Assembly: GCA_000165425.1 (NCBI GenBank)
Contig: CT868052.1
Location: forward strand, 310,001 to 374,000
Origin: Paramecium tetraurelia
Lineage: Eukaryota
Length of the DNA: 64,000 bases
Direction of reading: 5' to 3'
The position numbers were made by a program, and so were the translations under genes. This document shows positions 53,661-64,000 of this stretch, one piece after another; within the stretch, counting starts at the first letter, position 1, and the number at the start of each line of letters is the position of its first letter. The notes beneath the pieces are model-generated. The model saw only the letters and a list, made by a program, of their open reading frames with translations, did not search any database and had not been told where the DNA came from.

Positions 53661-53847
53661 TAATTAATGTAATAATAATAACAAAGAAATTCACTTGTTT
53701 AAGAACTGCTGAAATCTATCAACTAAGTATTGCAGTTTATATACTATTCAATAGTAAAATCAATCTCTCACAAATCAGAACAAGGTATTGAATGAATTCC
53801 AATGGTTTGAATTGGATAATTAAATAAGGATTCGAGTGCATGAATTA

Positions 53848-55604
53848 ATGGAACCTCATCTTAAACTATTTCTTGATCAAAGATTCTAATATGACACGTA
53901 AATTCTACATATTAATATATAAGTCTAGCTGTTAAATTAGAAAAATACATCCAAAATTACGAAGAATTTAAGTCTCTCTATTTTCAAAATGGAAAAAGTC
54001 AATCAATTATCCAACAACTTCAGTAGCAGATGACAGAATTAGAATCTCGAATTGAATAATTGCAGTAGACAGATTAATTTACTATCAATGAGATTAATAA
54101 GAAAGTTGATTTATTATAAATTTCTAAAGATCAGCATCTTCAATAAATAACTCTTTTAGACAAAATTTAGAGTTAATCTCTTTAATCAATTGAAAACTTT
54201 AGACAGTAAAATCAACAATTTAAATAAGTATTATTAGAAAACATAGATTAAGTTAATTTATAAAATAATATAGCTGTTAATAATGTTTAAGATAAGTTAT
54301 TAGAAGTAAATCTTAGAATAGATAATTAATACAGTTATTAAAAAGATTTAACATTAAAAAATGATAGAATTTTCGAAGAATTGAGTTCTCTAAACAATAA
54401 AATGATTTAACAGATTTCATAGACATCTCATGATTAAAAAAACATTGAATTGCTCTAGTAAATAGTTCCAAAATTTGATGAATTGTTAGCTTAAGATAGA
54501 TATGTTACTAATGAGTTGCTATTAATGAAAAACAAATAATCTTATTTTGAAAATTACATTGAAAAATATTTTCCTTTATTTCTATAAGGTACTATCTCTC
54601 AAACTTTACATAATTGTTTGGATGACAATAATATTTATAGACTAGCTAAATTTGAAGAGGAGAAATTCACTCTTCTGAATACCATCATTGTTGAAGACAA
54701 AGGCACTCCAGATCTAGACAAAAAAATTCATGAATATACTGCATTTATTGAAGCATAACTTAAAAGAAACTTTTAAATACTTAAAAATAATGTCAATAAT
54801 TAATCAATTAAAAAAAATGAATAAAGTAGGGAATCTTAAAATGTTTATCCCTAATAAAAAAACAAATAAGATTTTTCAGGCATATAAAATTTATTAGAAA
54901 AAAACGAAATAGAATATTTCATACAATAAAGACTAAATGAATTTAAAAAACAAATTGATAAAAATTTTAATCAATTATCAACAACAGTTGACACATTAGA
55001 ATCAACTTACGATCTCTTACATTAAAAGATGATATCTTAATTTGAGTTAATCAAGACTTAACACAATTAATAAATTCTTTAAATCGAATAGCAACTATAA
55101 GATTTAAATGAATAATTTAGTGCTATCCCTTTATTCATTAAAGAAATTAATGATATATAATAATAGCAATAACAGAATATCAAGAAATTAAATCAATTTT
55201 AAATTTTAAATAGTGAAAAAAATTAATCAGAAAGTCAATTAAATGATTAAAGATTTACGTTAGAATAATGTTAAGATATTTTGAATGAATCGATATATTA
55301 ATTAAAAAACGAAAATGATTCTATTTATTAAGAATCTCCAATAAAAAAACTTTCATCATAACTGAATGCTGATGATAGAAAAAGTGTTCGTACAAAGACA
55401 GCATCACAAAGTGGAATGCGTAAAAGTATAAAAAGCATGTATAGTTCGAGTTAGACTAGATCTTCAAATGATAAACGAAAGTTTTATTTATTAGGTTCTA
55501 AGCTATAACAGGAAGTTTGTTAAAGTATGAATCTTTCAATTCTACAACCAAGGAAAACAAATTCGAGAATTTTATTTTAGAGCAAAGCATATGTAAAAGA
55601 TTGA
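53848..55604 (+). CDS. Hypothetical coiled-coil protein
   Basis: Long Gln/Glu/Lys-rich code-6 frame; motif NYIEKYFPLFLQGTISQTL. Confidence 0.65.
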
Positions 55605-56263
55605 TTATAAAATAATAAGATTTATTAATACTTTTATAATAAAATAACTTTAATTTTGTCCACTAATGTAATCTATTAATTTCTCAAGATCATTAACTTC
55701 TTTTTTGGTGGAGCTTAATGGGATTCTTATAGCTGAAATTTCCTGAGTGATATTTAATAGTATATTTGAATCTTGCTCCTTTATTGTGATGAGACTCTCA
55801 TAGTTTTTGCCATAAGAGAATTGAGTATACAATAAGAGTTCATAATATATTGTTAATATTCAAAATATTTGAAAAATTCAATGACTTATAGTAAGAGCGA
55901 GATTTGCCTTAGTAAAAATTAACTTAAGAGCTTTTCATTCAAATATTCATGTTTTCTTATTGATTATCCAAAATAGATACAGTATATATTTCATTAATGA
56001 TGGTAACTTTTTCGATTGAAAGCATTATAGTATATTATTTAGAGAGTTGATTTAATTTAGACTGAACAGATTCAACTTTGATATAAGATGCTAAAAAAAT
56101 TGGATCTGAATTAAATATTTTTCTGTTTCGATATTAATTTAAATTTGGATAGAAATGAAGATAAGTTCTTCAATATTAAAATATTCTTAAGTAAATAATT
56201 AAGTACAAAACCTGTTTACGTAACACAATTTTGAGTTCCAATATAATTATTAAATATATTAAT

Positions 56264-57385
56264 ATGATAACAGATGAACCAACTGTTGAAATAACAAAAG
56301 AAGTGTTGTAAGGATTGAAGATTTAGAAAGTGTACAAAGACTTTGTAATACAATTACCTATTTAAAGCTGAAAGAAATCAATTCAATAGATTTTTCATAG
56401 AATGGATAATATTTGGTTGCTTGTGATGATCAAGTTGTAAATGTTTTTGACATTGCCAATATGAAGTATGTTATTTGAGGATGAAAATATAGAAAGATCA
56501 GGACAATGTACAATAACACTTAGGAGATTGAAATGGTGAAATTTACAAAGGATTAGAGTCATATTATTTGTGTGACAAAAAATGAGCCATGTAAGTGAGT
56601 TAGTCTATTTAAGATGAGATCTGGCATTGGGCCTTTGAGGAGAATCAAATATTGAAGAAGTTTTCTGGACACACAAAAATGTAATTGAAGTAAAATTATT
56701 AGTAAGAATTTATTAACTAGAAATTTATAATCAAATAATTCTAAGTTGCAGTTTTGATGACACTTTACGATTATGGGAGTTGAATCAACAGTAAGACACC
56801 TGTTATGCAGTGTTGGACATGAGTTCTAAACCTGATAATAGAGTAATAGGGGCTTTTGATTACAGTGGGAATTCTTTTGGTATGGCTTTTGTAGAGAAGG
56901 AGAATGGGCAATCTACAAATTGTGTCTAGTTATATTAAATTAGAAAGTTTGAATTAGGACCTTATCAAGTCAAGAAGGTATCTGGAACAACGATAACTCA
57001 ATTAAAGTTTAGTAGTGACAATCAGTTTTTATTGTGTGTTTGTTCGGATGGTCAAATATTAATTTTAGATAGTTATTTATTAAATACAGTAATTCCTTTG
57101 ATTTATTGATAGTTATTTGACATTCCAGGGAATGCTGACAGGATGAATGTCAATGTTTGTTTCACTCCAGATTCCAAATTCTTGATTACTGGTAGCAATA
57201 GTGGATACTTGTATATGATATCAATATAGAATGTGAACAAAACTCAAACTCAAAGCGGCTAGTTGATTGCCAAAGTGGAGGGACATCAAAGGAAATGCAG
57301 ACTCGTTTTGTTCAATCCAAAATATTGTTGTTTGATTAGTACTTGTAGAAATCTTGTTGTTTGGACTCCAAATCAAATATTGTGA
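56264..57385 (+). CDS. WD40 protein, WDR82/Swd2-like
   Basis: INSIDFSQNG, FSGHTK, SCSFDDTLRLWE, LKFSSD, CFTPDSKFLITGS, FNPKY; size and layout fit WDR82. Confidence 0.8.
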
Positions 57386-57412
57386 TTTATATAAAATAAT
57401 TAGATAATTTTA

Positions 57413-58970
57413 ATGTATTAGGATAATTCTGAGGTATATGATCAGACTCATGATAGCATTATGAGTTCATCAATAGTAACCTTGTGATTGAAGAGATCCC
57501 AGAGGAAATCGAAAATGACAAAGTTATAGTCCAAGAAGCAGCCGATGAAAATAAAATCAAGGTGATTCTTGTAATGTATGGTCACAACTACAAACTTAGG
57601 GAAACAATCAGAAACTCAAACAAGAGTTCTTAATTGCCGATAACTTCTCCACTTTTACACAAGTTCTCGTAATTTCCACCATCAATCATAATTGTTATTA
57701 CGATGATCCCTTCTTTCATTACATCCTTATGATGACCAAGGTGATTCGCAAAGCACTCAGAAGAATGTTGGTGCCCACTTGCATTAAAACCAAAGAGGAG
57801 TTTATTGTATTGTTAATCTAATTTAGAGATCAAACAAAATAATTTATTTCAATGTTTCTACCAAGATATCAACATAGGATTCATAACATCCACAGGATAA
57901 ATCAAATCTACAGCATTCATCTATGTCCATAAAACTATTCGAGAATTTGTAATCAAGAAAATTGTTATCGATCAAAAACAAGAGAGGGTTAGATTTTTAA
58001 TGCACTTTTTTAAAATTGAAAATATCATTAAGATACCATATGTGCAGTAAGATTATAAAAACTAATTCTTGAAAACTAATAAATTTAAAAATGAATTCAT
58101 TATTCTGAGTGAAGAGATAGAGACTCATCAATCCTTATTTCAAGTTTATAAATTGGTGGATGATCAAATTTACTTTGTAAAAAGAGTAATCAAATAATAG
58201 CATATTAATAGATTCATTTAAGAGCTAATTTCAGTTCTTCCTTCATGAATGTGTTCAACACCAAAGATGTCTATATCAACATAGCTAAGATTTTGGCTTC
58301 ACTTTCACATCCTAATGTTATTAGATTGTATGATTGGTGGATTGAAATATTGAATTTCTAACCTTATTTATTTATGCAGATTGAATATTGCATCTACCCT
58401 AGATATTAATGTTAGGCAAAAAATTTGTTAAGTTATTCCTATTTTTATATGAATCCTATGCCACATAAATAAAAATAGAAACACATTCAAGATATTATTT
58501 TATAAATAATTTAAGCTTTGGAGTTTCTCAAATTAAGAAAGATTCATCTAATTGACTTTAAACCTGAAAATATCATGGTGACCATTACCGTCACTGGTGA
58601 TCTATAAGTAATCATTCCTCTCTTATTTTAGGTTGTACTTGCAGACTTCAATCCTTAAATAACCAATCAAAAATAACAAAGCTATCTGGATTACACCTTT
58701 CAAGCCTTAGGCACTTTAATTTTGCATTTAATTTTAACATTCCCTGGAGATGCTACACTTAGAAACAATTATATAACCAAATTCTTGAATTCTAAATTTG
58801 AAGAATCATTTGCACTATTAGATTCCTTGGCATAAAAAGTCAAAAATAGAAATCGTGAATTTTCATTCCAACTCTATAAAAATTTGCTGTTATTGGTCAA
58901 ATCCATCGTTACAGATTCCCATTTTCATGATTTCCATGAATTGAAAACGACTATTGAAAAAATCAATTGA
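57413..58970 (+). CDS. Pseudokinase with eIF2-alpha-kinase (PEK)-like N-lobe
   Basis: LASLSHPNVIRLYDWWIE, YLFMQIEYC; catalytic motifs altered to HLIDFKPEN and ADFN; no APE found. Confidence 0.75.
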
Positions 58971-59286
58971 TTTATAATTAGTATGTTATATTCTATAATT
59001 TAAAAGATTTATTCTTATCAGTATTTTGGAGAATAATTTATAAATATTAGTTTCAATCCTCAATTCAATTAATTAAATTTATAAATAAGAAGATTTTAAC
59101 CATTTGGTCTATAGGTTATTAGAAATGATGAACTAAACTTTTGACTAAACTTTTATATCTTTTGTGATCATTGACAATGATTTATCAAATTATGCAAGAA
59201 GGATCCATATCATTAATATTGTGTTTTTTAGATATAAATAAATAGAAGTAAAGGACATATAGTACATATATTTAAGTATATAAATA

Positions 59287-59991
59287 TCACATTTGCAAAA
59301 ATGAAGGTAATTTAAATCCTTGTAATTTGGCAAATTACTTAAAGCTTAGCAATTAACCATCATGTCCGATTTTATCTAAATCATTCTTTTTTGCTTAGCG
59401 TATTTTATTAATATTGGGTCTTTCACTTACTTGGCTTAATAAATTATTTGTTGACTGTATTAAATTATTAAATTTTTAATCACTTTCAGATTGTTTATTT
59501 AGTTTCATCTGCAATAAAGAATTTATCACTTCATTATTGAACTATTTATTAATTTCAATTTTTTTTAGATGTAATCCTTATTTTGGGGGTTTTGATTCCG
59601 AATTACTTGTGACATGTGTGATTTATTTAGTAATAGCTGTTTTCTTTGAATCCATTTAAGTAAGCATTGTTTCACTATCTTTTTATCGTTATAATCGATT
59701 TGTTAATGATTGAGATCTTAATTTAGTATCCTATCTTTCAGTTTACGGATGAATGTCATAGTTCAAACTAATTTAATTGAATGAATACTTCTTTTATGAA
59801 ATTGTATGAATTTAATCGATATTATTGTTATTATTGATATTTGTCTCAACTTATTGGCAATTTTATTTCACTTTATCAAAGATTTATTGCAGAGAAATAG
59901 CTCTAATTTGTTTTCTATTCTGAATGAAAGGAAGATCTGAATGCATTTATGAAACTTTATACTTCTGAATACTTCCAACTAAATTGTTCAT
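59287..59991 (-). CDS. Hypothetical protein
   Basis: MNNLVGSIQKYKVSQMHSDLPFIQ...; code-6 frame ending FKLPSFLQM-stop. Confidence 0.6.
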
Positions 59992-60520
59992 TATTATAAA
60001 AAAATAATTTTAATTATAATAAATATGTATCTAATTCATAAACATCTTATTTAAGTGAGCATACAAATTATAGTCTGAAGTATCCAGAAATCTAAGAAAC
60101 ATTATGCTTTCTTTTTCATTAATAAACGAAATTTGTCTAACTATTTGAATTATATAGCACTATCATTATAATTCTACACATATACTGTTATATTCCAAAT
60201 GAAATTTTGATATAATTCATATTTAAATTTTAGGATTTTAACAGGAAATTAAGTTTTTACAAGAGTTATTATGAAGATTAGTAATCCCATACAATAAATT
60301 TAAAAATTCTAAATTCTTAGTGATAACTAAATTATAAAACATATTTCTTTTTAGAATTTAATTATAATAATACTCGTTTCAAGGACAAATATATTATACT
60401 AAATGTAATAAATTTGATTTTCTTTAAACTTAGATTTATTTATTATATATGATATTTAATAATGTTATTTTTGGATGAGTTATGAAAAGCAATAGTATTT
60501 TTTATTTGATATTTTTAAAC

Positions 60521-61840
60521 ATGAAAATATAAAGCACTGAATATAGAGTTCCATATTATTAAGTTTACAGGGGGAATTCTAAGCATTGTTTATAGGGAAG
60601 GGTGGTGATGGGATATTCTAGGATTATGTTTTTGTTTACATTCATTTACTTAAACGTTATTTCCTTATTATAATTATTGAGAATTGGCCCGGAGAAGAGG
60701 GTATTTGATGTAGAATTGGCTTTGATACTGTTGACTGACACATTTATGATTTTAACTGTGTTTAGGGATCCAGGGAGAATACCTCGAATTAACTCCTAAG
60801 TATAAAAAGTAACTGATTAAAATGACTAAAGTATTCTGATTGTTACTTAATTCCACACAAGCAAAGATACGGTGGCGAGGTTTTGGTTGTAAATTAAAAT
60901 AAAGTTCATGAATTAAAGTTCTGTGACCCCTGTTAGATCTATAAAACAAGATCAACAGCACATTGTAGAAGATGTGACAATTGTGTAGAAGGTTTTGATC
61001 ACCATTGCTTATGGTTGGGATAATGCATAGGTTAAAGGAATTATTGTACGTTTTATTTGTTTATCACTTTTTTAACAATCACATAAATATTATGTATATG
61101 CGTACAAATAAAGCATATACTATCATTATCGGATGTGAGGAGAATAGAATTCATAATCTATTGTATATTGACTATTGGATTGTTTGTATTTGCAACTTAT
61201 TTATTCTTGATACACACCTACTTTATTTTAATAAATAAGACCACTTATGAATATCTGACAACAAATAGTTTTGTAGTAAATCACCATATGCTATATTTTT
61301 ATCAAGGAGATGGAAGCTTGTTCCCAAGAAGATTAATTAGATTTACTTAAAGCATTTGGGAGAAATTATTAAAACCAAATAGAATATTATTTTAGTCCCT
61401 TGATAGTAAGGTAATCAATCCAATCATGTAGGTGTATCATGATGTACCATCCTATATTGAACAATAAAGAAGACAACAACAGTTATAATTTTAGATGAAT
61501 GATACATTGATGAAAATCATTTTGGAGGATAAGACAAAGACTTATCAAAGCGAATTGTGCAGTGACAAGAAAATGGTTGTGAATTAAGAGTATTGTTTCT
61601 TGTGAAGCTAGGTTTTTAAAGGGAGATTCTGAATAAAATAGTGAACATTTAAATTAACTATCTCAAGAATGCTCTTAAAGAGGTGAATAGAAGGACCTAA
61701 AAATGTATGGAGTTCCAAAATCATCTCATGTGAACTAGAGGGATCGGAGTGTGAAGCAGACTCAATCGGGGAGAAGTAAACAGTATGACAAGTTGAATAA
61801 GGACGTTAATGAAATATAACTAATTGATAAACTTGACTGA
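60521..61840 (+). CDS. DHHC palmitoyltransferase
   Basis: DPG, [46 protein letters not shown]. Confidence 0.93.
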
Positions 61841-61858
61841 GAGAATATTTTTAGGATA

Positions 61859-62577
61859 TCACTTCAATGGTTTTAATTTATTTTATTAATTCAATTTATT
61901 GCTTTTAGTGTATCTGGACATTTGTCTCTTCTTTTACCATTCATAATTGCTATGGAAAACAACCTTGAGGTGACTTTCGACATCCATATCAAACACAATG
62001 TCTTTATTGCCAAATGGTCTATTGTACACTCCAGCAATAGTTTATGTAGAGGAGAGATGATGTAGGTTCTTAGCAAGTGACTCAAATTCAGTTCTTGCCA
62101 ATTGTTCTTGTCTCACTTTCAATTACTAATTTTCATCAACTTCCACTTTCTTCAATTCTTCTAAGAAGTCTTGATTTTTTGTTTTTAAGAATTCCAAATA
62201 GGCTTTCCTGGTAGACCAATTGATATAATATTTTCTGTAATGATAACCTCTGAAATGTCTTTGGATCTGAGTTGCATGATAACTGAAATATTTAATATTC
62301 CTTTCATTGTATCTAGAGTCGTTGTTTCGTTTCATTAGCATTCTAGCTATATATCCACGAGCAAACTTCTATATAATAACAGTTGACTATTTAATCAATT
62401 TAATACATATCTGATTTTTATGTAATGAACTCTTAATTTATGCATTTTATGCCAAGCTTAAATCTTGGTCGAAGCCTTGATTTCAGTCACTCTATTCTCA
62501 CCACTCAACTTGGCCTAATGGTAATACAATTCCACGATTGACTGGAAATTGTTTTGGATTTGCTATTGGTATTGCAT
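61859..62577 (-). CDS. IQ-motif protein, SPATA17-like
   Basis: KIQAWHKM, VIIQKFARGY, ATQIQRHFRGY; HHLSSTQTIAGVYNRPF. Confidence 0.8.
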
Positions 62578-62664
62578 TTTCAATTATTATAATTAATAAT
62601 AAATGTTTATGCGTCTTACATTAAGGACTTTAGTTAAATCCGACTGAAAATCTAAGATACACAA

Positions 62665-63225
62665 ATGTAAATTATTTTAAGGACTTTCATCTCTATAACT
62701 TAGAATCCAAATTAAGACACTAATTATTAATGTTTAATATCAAAAAGTCATCAAACTCAGAAGAGGAATACATTGCCAAAGTGTTAGCAACCTTCCTCAA
62801 GATTCGGCAATAAGAGGAGAAATCAGTCACTCTACAAACAGGAGGAAATCAACCATTTACACAGTCTTAAATTGGAATAACAAAAAATGGAAAAGCAGAT
62901 CTATGTTAATCTAAAAAAGGAAAACTAACAACCTAAGACTAATGAAAAGAGAGAAGAACCAGTTAAACCAGTTAAATCTTCGACAACTGCCAAGATCAAA
63001 GGAGACAAGTATTCAGAATATGGACTCTTCGAGAACGGGGCATTCACTTGTTTGAAGTGTTAAAGCAGAGTTAAAAGAACATAAGATTTACTCAAACATT
63101 GGACTATGTAGCATGGAAGATAGGCAATACCAAGAAGAAAGAGGAACTTCGTTAATGAGGATACTTAATGCGTCAAAAAGATATCTTAGGAGACTCTCAA
63201 ATCAGAGGCTTAATCTGACTTATGA
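62665..63225 (+). CDS. Small C2H2 zinc-finger protein
   Basis: FTCLKCQSRVKRTQDLLKHWTMQH followed by PRRKR; 186 aa open frame. Confidence 0.7.
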
Positions 63226-63274
63226 ATTGTATATAAATAATATAAAATATATCATAAATTTAAATTAATAACAG

Positions 63275-64000
63275 ATGTCAGCTACCTAAACTCTTTATAA
63301 CTACTAATGTACCAACATGGAACATAAGGCACCAATTACTAATTTTTGTGCTTGTATTGACTGTCTAAAACCTCTGTGTCCTGAGTGCATCCAAGATCAT
63401 TACTAATATCACATTTCAGCCAAGACACCAGCTGCCGTCTAAAGCATCCTTAATACTAGAACCAATTGTGAAAGAAAGATTGCAAAAGCAATTGAATAAT
63501 TGAAAAAAGTAACTTTATTAGATTTCATAAAAGGAATATGAATAATATGACATTCAATACATTTTCAACCCTGATGAAATACTTACTCAAGAAATCTCCA
63601 GGATGAATGATGTCAAGTTGCAGATGTTTGAAATTATCAACATCTTTTTTAAATAGTAAGAGAATCTTCTCGAAAACAAAGTGAAAGAAAACCAATTAAA
63701 AGTAAATTCATTTATGATCTTTCCAGGTTAGAAACATCGGAGGCATATTCCAAAAGATAGATTCAGTTATTCAATAACTGGAAATGTTAAGAAATAATCT
63801 TCTGACTAGCCCCGATCCATTCACTCACTTTCATAAAGCGTGTAGACTAGACGTTAAATCTTTGCTTGATAGATATAAATCTGATTTGAAGAAATCTATC
63901 AAATCCAAAGAATTAGGCAATTAAATTTATCTATTTCTTAGATCCCATCAATGTTCACATCGATGAACACAAACTATTCAATCTTAAAAGTGAATTAAAT
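63275..64000 (+). CDS. B-box zinc finger + coiled-coil protein, 3' end truncated by window edge
   Basis: CTNMEH...FCACIDCLKPLCPECIQDH...H followed by a heptad-rich region. Confidence 0.75.

Noticed and set aside
55600..56030. Minus-strand gene containing ORF 55650-55832
   Set aside because: In-frame TGA upstream, with no joinable intron or clear start and stop; may be a relic.
3923..61840. Lipid-metabolism gene cluster (CPTP-like, sphingomyelinase, FAM135, acyltransferase-3, DHHC)
   Set aside because: Genes are scattered over 58 kb among unrelated genes; nothing indicates co-regulation.
500..62341. Most ORFs in the supplied six-frame track
   Set aside because: They were computed with the standard code. 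They are fragments of code-6 genes or antisense/off-frame shadows (e.g. 1694-1942 and 25210-25470 mirror Gln-rich regions).
1..64000. CRISPR arrays, tRNA/rRNA genes, retained IESs
   Set aside because: No spaced direct repeats or RNA gene signatures seen. Conserved genes are uninterrupted, as expected for macronuclear DNA; IES sites cannot be called without germline reads.

Overview
AT-rich, gene-dense eukaryotic DNA from a ciliate somatic (macronuclear) genome, most likely Paramecium. TAA/TAG read as Gln (translation table 6), TGA is the only stop, introns are GT-AG and about 20-29 nt, and many intergenic gaps are under 60 nt. The supplied standard-code ORF track is therefore mostly fragments or antisense noise. 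Manual re-translation gives about 44 protein genes; spans below include introns and were read by eye. Recognisable genes: two diverged condensin CAP-D2 (Cnd1) paralogs, three protein kinases plus one pseudokinase, a CPTP/GLTP lipid-transfer protein, a PCM-family protein with a beta/gamma-crystallin domain, NF-YC, TatD DNase, acid sphingomyelinase, Tubby, a CENP-B/pogo-type HTH protein lacking a DDE domain, Kelch, three RING proteins, calcyphosine, TLDc (MEAK7-like), FAM135 lipase-like, LMBR1, acyltransferase-3, ALKBH6, WDR82-like, DHHC, SPATA17-like, C2H2 and B-box proteins. I found no rRNA, tRNA, CRISPR array, telomere or intact transposon. I cannot demonstrate a new biological system. The best leads are the linked CAP-D2 pair, the transposase-derived DNA-binding gene, and two unassigned duplicated Cys/His metal-binding modules.
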